From an uncultured virus (IMG/VR IMGVR_UViG_2908492839_000003) (lineage: Duplodnaviria; Heunggongvirae; Uroviricota; Caudoviricetes), in the IMG/VR virus record IMGVR_UViG_2908492839_000003, positions 1 to 64,000 of that record: 64,000 nucleotides of DNA; one strand, 5' to 3'. The notes below the pieces were generated by a model, which worked only from the letters and a program-made list of their open reading frames with translations, was not told the DNA's origin and did no database searches. Below, piece after piece: positions 26,661 to 37,244 of this stretch. A program made the position numbers and the translations under genes. The first letter of the stretch is position 1, and each line of letters begins with the position of its first letter.

Positions 26661-27546
26661 CCCGACCGGAGTAGATCGCCTGGAAAGAGGCGCAATGCGC
26701 GAGTTCGACAGGCGCATGCGGAAGATCAGGGATGGCTACGTGGCCGCCCTGGATCGAATCCCGGCCCAACCGGTGGTGAACGAGCAGTACACCTACCGTC
26801 TCGACCAAGCCCTTCTCTCCGCGATCTTCGCCGACACCAACCTGATGGTCGACGAGATCCTGCAAGAGGGCGGGGAGCGTGACCTCTGGTTCTTCGAGTC
26901 CTACGTCGGGGTTGCCTACATCCGCGGGACTGCGCAGACCCATGCCAACCTGGCGCAGCAGTCGCCGGCGTATCGCGCTGGCCGGGAGTCGCTGGATGTG
27001 CTCCTCCGATCCGACGCCTACCGCGCGCGCATGGCGCTGCTTCGCGCTCGGGAGTTCGAGGAAATGAAGGGGCTGTCGGGCCAGGTCAAGGCCGACATGG
27101 CGCGCATCCTCGCCGAAGGCATGGGGCGCGGGAAGAATCCCCGGGAGATTGCACGGGATCTGACCGCCCAGACCGGCATCGAGGCGCGTCGAGGCCATCG
27201 CATCGCCCGCACTGAGGTCACTACCGCACTCCGAAGGGCTCGCTGGGACGAGAAAGACGCTGCCGAGGCCGATTACGGCGTCCAGTCAAAGCTGATGCAC
27301 ATGTCGGCCCTGTCCCCCAGCACTAGGGCCACCCACGCGGCCAGGCACGCCAGGCTCTACACCTCGGATGAGGTGAGGGACTGGTACAGCCGAGACGGAA
27401 ACTCGATCAACTGCAAGTGCAGCCAGGTCGAGGTCCTGGTCGATGACGAAGGGAACCCGCTTGTCCCGGCCATCGTCGAGCGCGCGCGCCGCAACTACCA
27501 AGTCATGAAAGCCAAAGGGCGCGGGCCCTGGGCGAAAGAGGATTGA
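26623..27546 (+). CDS. Head morphogenesis protein (SPP1 gp7/Mu F-like)
   Basis: RIARTE, TRATH, INCKC. Confidence 0.88.
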   Translation: MPRAPILPASSSDPTGVDRLERGAMREFDRRMRKIRDGYVAALDRIPAQPVVNEQYTYRLDQALLSAIFADTNLMVDEILQEGGERDLWFFESYVGVAYIRGTAQTHANLAQQSPAYRAGRESLDVLLRSDAYRARMALLRAREFEEMKGLSGQVKADMARILAEGMGRGKNPREIARDLTAQTGIEARRGHRIARTEVTTALRRARWDEKDAAEADYGVQSKLMHMSALSPSTRATHAARHARLYTSDEVRDWYSRDGNSINCKCSQVEVLVDDEGNPLVPAIVERARRNYQVMKAKGRGPWAKED

Positions 27547-27549
27547 GCC

Positions 27550-28827
27550 ATGCCCATGCAGGTCAACATCACCACCCAGGTCAACAGCGCCAGTATTCGA
27601 CGTGAGACCTACAACGGGCGCGAACATCTGGTTCTGCCGAGCTACACCCTGCCGGCCGGCGTAATCATGAACGGTGGTCTCTACACCGCCGAGCAGATCG
27701 ACAAGCACTACCCAGGCCTGGAGGGAACGCTGGCGCCGCTCGGGCACCCGATGGTCGACGGGAAGTTCGTGTCTGCGTTCTCGCCTGAGGGGATCAACGT
27801 CGGCCATATCGGCGCCTGGAACCGTAACGTGAAGAAGTCCGGCAACCGGGTCTACATGGAGAAGTGGGTCGACGTCGAGTTCGCCAAGTCCACGGAAGGC
27901 GGTCGTGAACTGTTGCAGCGCGTCGAGGCGCTGGAGAGGGGGGAGGACGTTCCCCCGATCCATACCAGCGTTGCCGCATTCCTCAACCGCATCGAGCCGA
28001 ACGAAAGTCAGCGTGCCCAGGGCGCGGAGTGGGTCGCCGACATCCAGAGCATGGACCACGACGCGATCCTGCTGCACGAAGTAGGGGCGGCTACTCCTGA
28101 GCAGGGCGTCGGCCTCATGGTGAACGCGGACCAGGCTGTGCCGCTTCAGCCGAACTCCGGCGCCCTGGTTGGCGAGTCCTACCGGGAGCGTGAGCAGCGC
28201 CTGGACCGAGCCGCAAAGGAGCGATTCGCCTCCGGCCCCGACCAGTACGCATGGGTTGCCGACTTCACCGATTCCCAGGCCGTGATCAGCCTCAACGGCG
28301 GTGTGACCGAGGTGTACGGCTACAAGGTCGAGGCAGGGAAGATCGTCTTCGACGAGTCCGGCCAGCCCGTTGTCCGGCAAGAGTCCTGGGTCGCCATGGT
28401 GGCCAACAGCATCAAGAACATTTTCACCCATCGTCAGGCTCGGCCTGATCAACCTGAGAAGGAGGGCGACATGCCCCTGACCCCCGAAGAAAAGGCCGAA
28501 ATCGTGAATGAAATCGGCACCAACACCTCCAACGCCATCAAGGAACTGGCGGACACCATCATCAAGCCCCTGGCCGACAAGGTCGACGGCCTGGTCGCCA
28601 ACCACAAGGCCCTGGCCGACACGCTGACCGCCAACCAGCGCGCCGAGGAAGACAGCATGCGTGAAGCGGTCAAGGCCAAGTTCGGCGAGGTCATCGCCAA
28701 CAGCCTGGCCGGCGACGCGCTCAAGGAAATGTTCAAGCAGTGCGGCGAGTCCGCCCCGCTGGGCGCCAATGCCGCCACCGACAAAGGCGGTCTCACCGCC
28801 GATATCAACAACCTGCCGAAGGAGTAA
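27550..28827 (+). CDS. Prohead protease/scaffold (DUF2213-like)
   Basis: GHP and DHDAIL motifs; position. Confidence 0.75.
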   Translation: MPMQVNITTQVNSASIRRETYNGREHLVLPSYTLPAGVIMNGGLYTAEQIDKHYPGLEGTLAPLGHPMVDGKFVSAFSPEGINVGHIGAWNRNVKKSGNRVYMEKWVDVEFAKSTEGGRELLQRVEALERGEDVPPIHTSVAAFLNRIEPNESQRAQGAEWVADIQSMDHDAILLHEVGAATPEQGVGLMVNADQAVPLQPNSGALVGESYREREQRLDRAAKERFASGPDQYAWVADFTDSQAVISLNGGVTEVYGYKVEAGKIVFDESGQPVVRQESWVAMVANSIKNIFTHRQARPDQPEKEGDMPLTPEEKAEIVNEIGTNTSNAIKELADTIIKPLADKVDGLVANHKALADTLTANQRAEEDSMREAVKAKFGEVIANSLAGDALKEMFKQCGESAPLGANAATDKGGLTADINNLPKE

Positions 28828-28830
28828 GCC

Positions 28831-29280
28831 ATGTCTCGCTATCGTCGCGTGAACATCGACGGCAAGTCGCTGTTCAAGACCGAAACCCGCAAGACCGCCG
28901 CGGATCTCCTGCCCGGCACGTTCGCCGTGATCAATGGCAGCGACCTGTTTGCCCAGGCAAGCGCCAGCGTTGGCCGCCTCTACGTCATCGACTGCGCTCA
29001 CCACGAAGGCCTCAGCATCCGCGATGCGGTTCCCGTCGGCCATTCGGCCGTTGGCAACTACGTCGAAGAGGGTCGCGAGCTCGCCGTGCTGTGCCCGGCC
29101 GGCACCTACAAGAAGGACACGCCGATCAAGCTCGGCACCAGCGGCCAGGGTGCCATCGCGTCGAGCGATACCGACACGGTCCTCGGTTACAGCCAGGACG
29201 ATGCAGTCATCGCCTCCGGCCAAACCGACTTCATCCGCATCCGCTTCCGTGTCGGCAGTGTCGCCGCCCCGGCGCCCTAA
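28831..29280 (+). CDS. Capsid decoration protein
   Basis: Size and position before major capsid gene. Confidence 0.65.
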   Translation: MSRYRRVNIDGKSLFKTETRKTAADLLPGTFAVINGSDLFAQASASVGRLYVIDCAHHEGLSIRDAVPVGHSAVGNYVEEGRELAVLCPAGTYKKDTPIKLGTSGQGAIASSDTDTVLGYSQDDAVIASGQTDFIRIRFRVGSVAAPAP

Positions 29281-29295
29281 TAGGAGTACGGACAC

Positions 29296-30390
29296 ATGTT
29301 CCTCACCCAGCAAGCAATCGCCGCCCATCCCCGCCTGATGGGCCACTTCCAGGAGTTGCAGGCCAACCGCAACATCTGGAACAACCAGAACGCCGCTATG
29401 CTCGCCGAGCACCGCGGCGCCATGACCCCGGGAATGCTGGCCTGCAATGCGCTGGCCGGCCTGGGTCGTGAGTTCTGGGCAGAGATCGACGCCCAGATCA
29501 TCCAGTACCGCAACCAGGAGACCGGCATGGAGATCGTCAACGACCTCCTGCAGGTGCAGACCGTTCTGCCGATTGGCAAGAGTGCCAAACTCTACAACGT
29601 GGTCGGCGACATCGCCGATGACGTGTCGGTGAGCATCGACGGCCAGGCCCCGTACTCCTTCGATCACACCGAGTACAACTCCGACGGCGACCCGATCCCG
29701 GTATTCACCGCCGGCTACGGTGTCAACTGGCGCCATGCCGCTGGCATGAGCACCGTCGGCATCGACCTGGTCCTGGATTCCCAGGCCGCGAAGCTCCGCA
29801 AGTTCAACAAGCGGATCGTTGCCTACACCCTGGACGGCGCCACCAACATTCAGGTCGAGAACTACCCAGCTCAGGGTCTGCGCAATCATCGCAACACCAT
29901 CAAGGTCAACCTGGGCTCCGGCGCCGGCGGCGCGAACATCGACCTGACCACTGCCACGCCGCAGCAGATCATCGACTTCTTCACCAAAGGCGCATTCGGC
30001 CAAGCCGCGCGCACGAACAAGGTCGACGCCTACGACGTGCTCTGGGTTTCCCCGGAAATCAACGCCAACCTCGCTCAGCCGTACATGATCACCATGGGCG
30101 GCGGTGCAAATGCGGTAGTGGCCGGCACCGTGCTCGATGCGGTCATGCGCTTCATCCCGGCGCGCGAGGTTCGCCAGACCTTCGCCCTGTCGGGCAACGA
30201 GTTCCTGGGTTATCAGCGACGTCGTGACGTGGTGTCCCCGCTAGTCGGCATGGCTACCGGTGTTATCCCGCTGCCGCGCCCGCTGCCGCAGGTCAACTAC
30301 AACTTCCAGATCATGAGCGCCATGGGCATCCAGGTGAAGAAAGACGACGAAGGTCTGTCCGGCGTGATCTACGGCGCCAACCTGGCGTAA
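29296..30390 (+). CDS. Major capsid protein
   Basis: 364 aa, strong codon bias, position. Confidence 0.85.
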   Translation: MFLTQQAIAAHPRLMGHFQELQANRNIWNNQNAAMLAEHRGAMTPGMLACNALAGLGREFWAEIDAQIIQYRNQETGMEIVNDLLQVQTVLPIGKSAKLYNVVGDIADDVSVSIDGQAPYSFDHTEYNSDGDPIPVFTAGYGVNWRHAAGMSTVGIDLVLDSQAAKLRKFNKRIVAYTLDGATNIQVENYPAQGLRNHRNTIKVNLGSGAGGANIDLTTATPQQIIDFFTKGAFGQAARTNKVDAYDVLWVSPEINANLAQPYMITMGGGANAVVAGTVLDAVMRFIPAREVRQTFALSGNEFLGYQRRRDVVSPLVGMATGVIPLPRPLPQVNYNFQIMSAMGIQVKKDDEGLSGVIYGANLA

Positions 30391-30399
30391 GGGGGCGAC

Positions 30400-30591
30400 G
30401 TGCGCTACGAAGTGACCCGCGCCTGGCATGGCGTAAGCGTGGGCGACGTGGTGGAACTGGAGCACCTTCACCCGTCGCTGAAACCCAACGTGCGCCCCCT
30501 CGGCGGTGATTCTGTCCTCGAAGCAGCTACGCCGGCTGCAAGTTCGGATGTCGAGCAGAAACGCCGAGGGCGACCGCCGAAAACCGAGTGA
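30400..30591 (+). CDS. Small head-associated protein
   Basis: KRRGRPPK tail; position. Confidence 0.65.
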   Translation: MRYEVTRAWHGVSVGDVVELEHLHPSLKPNVRPLGGDSVLEAATPAASSDVEQKRRGRPPKTE

Positions 30592-30675
30592 CCGGTGCGT
30601 GACGAGAGGCCGCCTGCGGGCGGCTTCGTCGTTTCTGGCCCCAGAAATGGGGCCTTCTTCTTCCAGGAATCGGAC

Positions 30676-31077
30676 ATGATCACAGTTGAACAGGCCCGGC
30701 AGTACCTGCAGAGCCAGGGCATCGACAACGTGCCCGATTTCATCCTCGATGCGTGGATCGAGCAATTGCAGCAGATCCAGGACTGCCTGGATGCCAATTA
30801 CCCGGCATCGACCGCGCTGCTGATTCAGGCCTACCTGCTGGCGCTGTTTGCCCTGGCCCAGGCCGACAAGTACATCAGCAGCCAGACGGCCCCATCCGGT
30901 GCTTCTCGATCGTTTCGCTACCAGGCCTTTGCTGATCGCTGGAAGGCGCAGTTGGCCCTGCTGAACGCCCTGGACAAGTACGGATGTGCGACGGGGCTGA
31001 TTCCCCCGAACCCAACCCAGACCGCACACGGCGGTCTTTGGATCGCGCGCGGTGGCTGCATGTGTGGTGACTCATGA
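30676..31077 (+). CDS. Head-tail connector
   Basis: Position; SQTAPSGASRSF. Confidence 0.7.
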   Translation: MITVEQARQYLQSQGIDNVPDFILDAWIEQLQQIQDCLDANYPASTALLIQAYLLALFALAQADKYISSQTAPSGASRSFRYQAFADRWKAQLALLNALDKYGCATGLIPPNPTQTAHGGLWIARGGCMCGDS

Positions 31078-31412
31078 GTACGACAGCGAATTGGAGTTAC
31101 ACCAACACGGCGACGGTTCGGCCATTCCTGCACTTCGACCTTTCGACGCAGGAGGCCGTTTACGGCCCCGAGTACGAGATCGCCTGCACATGGACCGCCA
31201 AGAGCGAGCAGATGCGGGAAGAGGGTGGTCAGTCTGGGGCGCGAGGTGCCGAGTTCGTATCGCGGCACCAGATATTCACCGAGGACCGCCGGCCGAAGTA
31301 CTTGGACCTGATCCAGTTCGACGGCTCCAACGGCTGGGAAGAGATTCGCTCGGTGACGAACTGGGACATGTCCTTCTTCGGCGAGCAGCCGGACTTTCTA
31401 CTGGTGACCTGA
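31074..31412 (+). CDS. Head closure protein
   Basis: Position, coupled. Confidence 0.65.
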   Translation: MSTTANWSYTNTATVRPFLHFDLSTQEAVYGPEYEIACTWTAKSEQMREEGGQSGARGAEFVSRHQIFTEDRRPKYLDLIQFDGSNGWEEIRSVTNWDMSFFGEQPDFLLVT

Positions 31413-31413
31413 C

Positions 31414-31818
31414 ATGGCAATCCAAGGCATCGACCGCGTCCGGCGGAATCTTCGTGTGGCTGTCGAAAACATTGCCGGCGGCGTTTCCGAACGCGCTGTT
31501 TATGAGGTGCTGAGCCAGGGCGCGACAATGGCGCAGACCATAACACCGACCGACACATCGACTCTGGTCAACAGCCAAACGCCCCCCCAGATCACTGTTG
31601 GCCCCAACGGGGTCGAGGGCAGCGTCGGTTACACCGCTGCCTACGCGGCAGCAGTCCACGAAGCGCCAGGCACTCTCGCCGGCCAGCCGCGGGACGAGAA
31701 CGACCCTGGCCGGGGGGACTACTGGGACCCGAACGCGGAGCCTGAATTTCTCACGAAGGGCTTTGACCAGATCATTCCAGCAATCCCGGCCATCCTCCGC
31801 AGGACCTACCGCGTATGA
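31414..31818 (+). CDS. Neck protein (HK97 gp10-like)
   Basis: TPTDTSTL, YAAAVHE, EFLTKG. Confidence 0.7.
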   Translation: MAIQGIDRVRRNLRVAVENIAGGVSERAVYEVLSQGATMAQTITPTDTSTLVNSQTPPQITVGPNGVEGSVGYTAAYAAAVHEAPGTLAGQPRDENDPGRGDYWDPNAEPEFLTKGFDQIIPAIPAILRRTYRV

Positions 31819-32189
31819 CCCCCTACGACGCCTTCCAGGATTGGCTGGCTTCGATCCTAGGCGAGGGCTACCAGTACAGCCGCGGGATGTGGGTCGACCA
31901 CCCCTCGCTCGACTCGGCATTCATCGCAGCGATCCAGCAAACCGGCGGCCCCCCGACCCAGGTCGACATTCGTCGCCTGCGGTTCAAGGTGATCCTCCTC
32001 GGCCCGAAGGGCGTTCGGAAACACGTTGTCGACGTCGGCAACTCAATCGAGACCCTGGCGCAGGTAGCGCTTGGTGACAGCGTCCCCTGTGGCGCCGCAT
32101 CTGTTCGGGCAATCGGCGAGCCGATAGGGCCTGGATACACCACCGAAAACCGGGCCTGGTACAGCCTGGACCTTGAAGTTCTCTATTAA
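31815..32189 (+). CDS. Tail terminator
   Basis: Position before tail tube gene. Confidence 0.65.
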   Translation: MTPYDAFQDWLASILGEGYQYSRGMWVDHPSLDSAFIAAIQQTGGPPTQVDIRRLRFKVILLGPKGVRKHVVDVGNSIETLAQVALGDSVPCGAASVRAIGEPIGPGYTTENRAWYSLDLEVLY

Positions 32190-32203
32190 TCAGGAGGCCA
32201 GAC

Positions 32204-33199
32204 ATGGCTTGCAAGAAGCTCAAATTTCCGGGCCGCGACGTCGTGCTCGAGTATTACATCGGGTGCGGCGATGCGCTGCCGGCGGAGAATGACTGGCGCC
32301 GTTTCGGGTCGCTCCGCACGAAGGAATTCACCGTCGAGTGGGACACCATCGACGCGACTGATTCCGACTCGGTTGGCGCACTGCGGGAGAACCTGGCCAG
32401 TTTCCAGACGCTGACCATTTCCGGTGACGGTACCGTGAAGGCCTCCGGTGCCGGCGCGCAGAACCTGATTGACCTGACGAAGCATGTCTTCAAACCTGAC
32501 GCGACGGGCGGACAGCCTTTTGCCTGGATGCGCATGACCTTCCCGGACCTGACTTTCACCGTATTCATGCTCATCAGCAACCTCAGTCGCTCCGCGCCGT
32601 ACGACGATGTCACCACCTACAGCTTCGAGGCTTCGGCGACTGCTTCCGACTTCGGCCTGATCGTCGAGGATACCCCCGACGCGGATGCGCCGGACCCGAC
32701 CAGCATTCAGGTCGTGCCGGAGACCCTCTCGCTTACCGTTGGCGAAGGCTTCAACTTCGAGGGCGTCGTGCTGCCTGTTGGCGCTCCGCAAGGCCTGCGC
32801 TGGACTTCCAGTGCGCCGACCGTGGCCGCGGTGAACGCGGTTACCGGCGAGGTGAGCGCGCTGTCGGCCGGCACCGCCACGATCACCGCTGCTTCCAGCG
32901 TCGCCCCGGGCGTCACCGATACCGCAACTGTCACGGTCGTCCCGCTGGTGCAGGGCATTACCGTCTCGCCGACCTCCGTCTCGATCGCCGAAGGCGCCAC
33001 CCAGCAACTGACCGCCGCTGTATCCCCGACTGGTGCGGCTCCCGGCCTGGTCTACGAAAGCGCGGCGCCGGCGATTGCCACCGTGAGCTCGACCGGCCTG
33101 GTGACCGGTGTTGATGTCGGTACCACCACGGTGAAAATCACCAGTGCGGCGCGGCCGTCGGTGAGCGTGACCGTTCCGGTAACCGTTACTGCACCGTGA
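32204..33199 (+). CDS. Major tail protein with two Ig-like (Big2) domains
   Basis: WTSSAPTVAAV and YESAAPAIATV repeats. Confidence 0.85.
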   Translation: MACKKLKFPGRDVVLEYYIGCGDALPAENDWRRFGSLRTKEFTVEWDTIDATDSDSVGALRENLASFQTLTISGDGTVKASGAGAQNLIDLTKHVFKPDATGGQPFAWMRMTFPDLTFTVFMLISNLSRSAPYDDVTTYSFEASATASDFGLIVEDTPDADAPDPTSIQVVPETLSLTVGEGFNFEGVVLPVGAPQGLRWTSSAPTVAAVNAVTGEVSALSAGTATITAASSVAPGVTDTATVTVVPLVQGITVSPTSVSIAEGATQQLTAAVSPTGAAPGLVYESAAPAIATVSSTGLVTGVDVGTTTVKITSAARPSVSVTVPVTVTAP

Positions 33200-33813
33200 T
33201 CCTCACCGAGATCGGTGAGATAGGCGTACACACGGCCTCGGGGGAGTTCTTTCTCCTGCGGCCGTCGCTGTACGCCATGACCCAGCTCGGTACGCCGGCC
33301 GAGATTGTCGACGTCTTCGCGCGCGTCATGAGCGACCCGATCACCGAGAAGCATCAGGCGGACCAGTTCGCGGACGCCCTGGCCGTGGTGATGGCCTGTA
33401 GTGAGCAGGACCTGTCCGACGTGTTTGGCTACTACGATCAGGACCTGGTCTACCGGCCAGGAACTGCGGACGTCGAGCACCTTGTGCCTCTCGCGCGCTG
33501 CCTGCTGAAGCACGGCGTCACCGGGGCGCTTCCGCCGCTTCCCCGGCGCCATGACGAAGAGCCGAACTACTCGGCGGAATTCGTGGCGCGGGAGTACGTC
33601 GCGACTGCGATAGCGCATTTGGGGCTGAGCGAGCGCGAAGCCTGGTCCATGACCATGACCGGCCTGATCGGCGCTCTGCGCGCGAAATACCCCCCAACCG
33701 AATCGAACGCTCCGGGCGCCAGAGCCCCGACCGCGGCAGAGCATGACGCGACGATGGAGTGGTTCGACAAGATCGAGGCCAAGCGCAAGGCGCGGGCGAA
33801 AGGAGCACCCTGA
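33196..33813 (+). CDS. Tail assembly chaperone
   Basis: Between tube and tape measure; EAWSMTMT. Confidence 0.7.
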   Translation: MILTEIGEIGVHTASGEFFLLRPSLYAMTQLGTPAEIVDVFARVMSDPITEKHQADQFADALAVVMACSEQDLSDVFGYYDQDLVYRPGTADVEHLVPLARCLLKHGVTGALPPLPRRHDEEPNYSAEFVAREYVATAIAHLGLSEREAWSMTMTGLIGALRAKYPPTESNAPGARAPTAAEHDATMEWFDKIEAKRKARAKGAP

Positions 33814-36293
33814 TGGCTGAGAATGTCGGCAGCATCTACTACACCGTCGAGGCGGATACCTCCAGCCTCGTCAACGGTGCGAACGCCGCCGATCGCTCGC
33901 TGGACAGCATGCAGGGTTCCATGCAGCGGACCGATGCGACTGCTGGGAAGTTGCAGACCCGCATGACCAGGGTGGCGGGAGCTGTGCGGCAGGCCAACCA
34001 GCAGATCGGCGCCCAGACCTCGGCATACAGCGGGCTGACCCGGGTCGTTGCTGCTTACCTTTCGCTCCGGACGCTCCAGTCGGTCATCGAACTTTCCGAC
34101 CAGTACGGCCAGATGGCCTCGCGCATTCGGAACGCTACCAGTAGCGCCGAAGAGTACGCCATGGTGCAGGAGCGGCTGTTGCAGACCGCCAACGGCACAT
34201 TCCGGGCGCTGAGCGAGGCTCAAGAGGTCTACCTGGCTACGGCTGACACGCTCAGGGATCTCGGTTACACCACGTCCGACGTCCTGGACATCACCGACTC
34301 GTTCTCCTACGCGCTGGTTCGCGACGCCGCGCGCGCCGACCAGGCCACCACCGCCATGGATGCGTGGTCCAAGGCGTTGATGAAGAACAAGGTCGAAGCC
34401 GATGGCTGGGCCTCGATCATGGCCGCGACTCCGTCGATCGTCGAAGGCATCGCCGAGGCTACCGGCCGGACCCAGGCTGAAATCCGGCAATTGGGCGCCA
34501 GCGGGAAGCTGTCTGTCGAGGCGTTGAACGAAGGGTTGCGCCGCACCCGGGACGAGAACAAGGCACTGGCCGATGAGATGGAAACATCGGTCGCAGACTC
34601 GTTTACCAAGCTTCGCAACAGCATGACGGTGTTCATCGGCAAGGTGAACGAGTCGAGCGGCGCCAGCCAGATTCTGACCAGCAACATCGCCGAACTCGCG
34701 GATGCCTTGCAGGACCCCGAGACCATTCGTGCCGCCCAGGAGTTGGCGGCCGGGGTGGTAGGCGCCCTCAACCAGATCATCGCCGGCGCGAAAGAAACCG
34801 TTCGGATCGTCAAATGGGCGGCCGAGGGAATTGCCGCGGCGCTACACGGCGCGGCGTCTGACGATATTGTCCGCCTGGAGGACCAGCTCAACACGTACCA
34901 GGAGATGCTGGCCAACCCGCTGAAGCGCCTGCGCATCGGTGGGAAAGGGCAGGCGATCGCGCTGTTCAGTGAGGACGAAATCAAGGCGAATATCGCCGCG
35001 ACACAAGCGCTGATCGACCAGTTCTACAAGGACCAGGAGAAGAAGCCTCCGGTAGTCGTGCCGAATGTGGCGCCACCATCTACCCAGGGGAAATCGGGCG
35101 GGAAGACAGGCACTGTCAACGCCGAGGCCGCTGCCACGACAGGCACGAAGAAGCTCACCGAGGCGCAGAAGGCAGCCAAGAAAGCCGCTCAGGAACTCGC
35201 CCAGGCGCAGAAGGAAAACATCGACACCATTGCCAGCCTTGGCCAGCAACTCGCTCTTGTCGGCCTGAAGGGCAAGGACCTGATGCAGACCCAGGCAGAG
35301 CTGCAACTCAACGAGTACGCCACGCCGGAGCAGGTCGCCCAGGTCCGCGCGCTCGCCGCGGCACTGTACGAAGCGCAACAGGTCGAAGCCAACAAGCAGT
35401 TGCTGGGGCAGATGGACCCGATCGCCGGCGAAGACCAGCGCTACCAGACCGAACTGGAGAATCTGAAAAAGCTGAACGAGGCCAAGTTGCTCGAGGACCA
35501 GCGCTACCTGGAACTCAAGGCGCAGGCAGAGCAACAGCACGATGCCACGATGAAGCAACTGGAGGAGGAGCGATTCCGCCGCCAGGCTGCCGGCAACGAG
35601 ATGATCATGGCAACGCTGGATCAGGTGCAGCAGGCCGGCACGAACGCTCTGACAGGGCTGATAACCGGGGCGAACAACGGTGCTGACGCCATGCGGCAAC
35701 TGGCCGGCGCCATGCTGAACCAGGTGGTGGGTGCCCTCGTCAAGGTCGGCATCGAGCAGGCGAAGAACTTCGTCATGGGGCAGGCCCAGCAGGCGGCTGC
35801 GGCGACGACAGCCGCAGCGACCGGCGCCGCTATGGCTTCTGCCTACGCGCCAGCCGCTGCTGCCGCTTCGGTTGCGTCATTCGGCGGGGCGGCAACGGCT
35901 GGCCTTACCGCAATGGCGGCCGCCATCCCGGCAATGCTTGGGATGTTCGCTGGAGGTCGCCAGTACGGCGGTCCCGTAGGGGGTGGTGGCATGTACCGCA
36001 TCAACGAGAACGGCGCGCCAGAGGTATTCCAGGCTGCGAATGGCCGGCAGTACATGCTGCCGAATACCCGTGGAGAGGTGATCAGCAATCGTGACGCCTC
36101 AGAACAGCTTCAGGTGCAGCCCAACATCGAGATCCATCTCCATGAAGATCCTGCTCGAGCTGGACAGGTTCAACAGTCGAGAGGAGGAGACGGTAGAACG
36201 ATGATCAATATGTGGGTGGATAGCCTGCTTGGAGATGGAGAGGTTCACCAGGCCCTTCAGGGCGCGTACGGACTACAGAAGGTGGGCAGATGA
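33813..36293 (+). CDS. Tape measure protein
   Basis: Ala-rich helical; GSIYYTVEAD; GRQYGGPV...NENGAPE. Confidence 0.92.
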   Translation: MAENVGSIYYTVEADTSSLVNGANAADRSLDSMQGSMQRTDATAGKLQTRMTRVAGAVRQANQQIGAQTSAYSGLTRVVAAYLSLRTLQSVIELSDQYGQMASRIRNATSSAEEYAMVQERLLQTANGTFRALSEAQEVYLATADTLRDLGYTTSDVLDITDSFSYALVRDAARADQATTAMDAWSKALMKNKVEADGWASIMAATPSIVEGIAEATGRTQAEIRQLGASGKLSVEALNEGLRRTRDENKALADEMETSVADSFTKLRNSMTVFIGKVNESSGASQILTSNIAELADALQDPETIRAAQELAAGVVGALNQIIAGAKETVRIVKWAAEGIAAALHGAASDDIVRLEDQLNTYQEMLANPLKRLRIGGKGQAIALFSEDEIKANIAATQALIDQFYKDQEKKPPVVVPNVAPPSTQGKSGGKTGTVNAEAAATTGTKKLTEAQKAAKKAAQELAQAQKENIDTIASLGQQLALVGLKGKDLMQTQAELQLNEYATPEQVAQVRALAAALYEAQQVEANKQLLGQMDPIAGEDQRYQTELENLKKLNEAKLLEDQRYLELKAQAEQQHDATMKQLEEERFRRQAAGNEMIMATLDQVQQAGTNALTGLITGANNGADAMRQLAGAMLNQVVGALVKVGIEQAKNFVMGQAQQAAAATTAAATGAAMASAYAPAAAAASVASFGGAATAGLTAMAAAIPAMLGMFAGGRQYGGPVGGGGMYRINENGAPEVFQAANGRQYMLPNTRGEVISNRDASEQLQVQPNIEIHLHEDPARAGQVQQSRGGDGRTMINMWVDSLLGDGEVHQALQGAYGLQKVGR

Positions 36294-36754
36294 TCAAATA
36301 CCCAGAGCAACTGCCGGCGATCCTGTTGTCAGGTTACTCGATCGAGCAGATCGACTCGACTGTCCGGACCCCAATGTCATCCGGTCGAGAAAGGGTGCGT
36401 CGGCGCTTTGAAAGCGTGCCGGAGTATCCCCAGGGGAGCGTGCTCATGACGCCGAATCAGGCCGCGTTCTTCAGAGCCTGGTTCGAGCGAGCACTCTACG
36501 GGGGGAGCCGCTGGTTTACCTGCCGCTTGAAGATGCCTGAGATCCTCACGGGAACTGCGGAGTTTGAGTGTCGGTTTCGGGGGAAGTATTCATGCCGGCT
36601 TGTCCCCCCAAGCATGTGGGAGTTCGCGTTCGTTCTTGAGCTTCGTGAGCAGTCGCTTATCCCGCCAGGCTGGGAGGAGTTCCCGGACTACTGGTTCAAC
36701 ATGAACATATTGGACCTCGCGATGAACCGCGATGGTCACTGGCCGGAGGCATGA
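36290..36754 (+). CDS. Distal tail/minor tail protein
   Basis: RTPMSSGRERVRRRF; position. Confidence 0.75.
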   Translation: MIKYPEQLPAILLSGYSIEQIDSTVRTPMSSGRERVRRRFESVPEYPQGSVLMTPNQAAFFRAWFERALYGGSRWFTCRLKMPEILTGTAEFECRFRGKYSCRLVPPSMWEFAFVLELREQSLIPPGWEEFPDYWFNMNILDLAMNRDGHWPEA

Positions 36755-36755
36755 G

Positions 36756-37241
36756 ATGGACCCACTCGAAGTTGCCTTCGCCTCGCCGGCCGACGAGGTG
36801 CTGATTCCAACCCTGGAGATCACCTGTGATGCCTGGCCAGCCCCGGTGTTACTGACGCACGGCTACGACAATGTCACCGCCGGTACCGAGGATGGCCGAA
36901 CCCTGACCTTCGAGGCTGGCGGGATCGATGCCTCGTTGCCGAAGTCGGACAACACCGGGAACCAGACGATCACCTTTGCCATCGACGGCGTGACTGGAAA
37001 ATCCCAGAACCTGATCCAGCAGGCCGTCGATGCAGAGAAGCGGGTCCGGCTGACCATGCGGCTCTACCTCAGCACGGACCTCTCCAAACCGAAGCGCGAC
37101 TACCACATGACCGTCAAGAGCGGCGTGCTGGAGGTCGATCATGCCGAGATTCAGGCCGGCTACTTCGACCTGATTGGCACCCGCTGGCCCCGCGTCGACT
37201 TCAACTCCCAGAACGCACCCTGCATCAAGTACGAAGGCTGA
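36756..37241 (+). CDS. Minor tail protein (DUF1833-like)
   Basis: Position and sequence character. Confidence 0.7.
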   Translation: MDPLEVAFASPADEVLIPTLEITCDAWPAPVLLTHGYDNVTAGTEDGRTLTFEAGGIDASLPKSDNTGNQTITFAIDGVTGKSQNLIQQAVDAEKRVRLTMRLYLSTDLSKPKRDYHMTVKSGVLEVDHAEIQAGYFDLIGTRWPRVDFNSQNAPCIKYEG

Positions 37242-37244
37242 TCC

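Noticed and set aside
27286..30003. 905-aa minus-strand ORF and similar long antisense ORFs
   Set aside because: Shadow frames of GC-rich, codon-biased head genes; no motifs.
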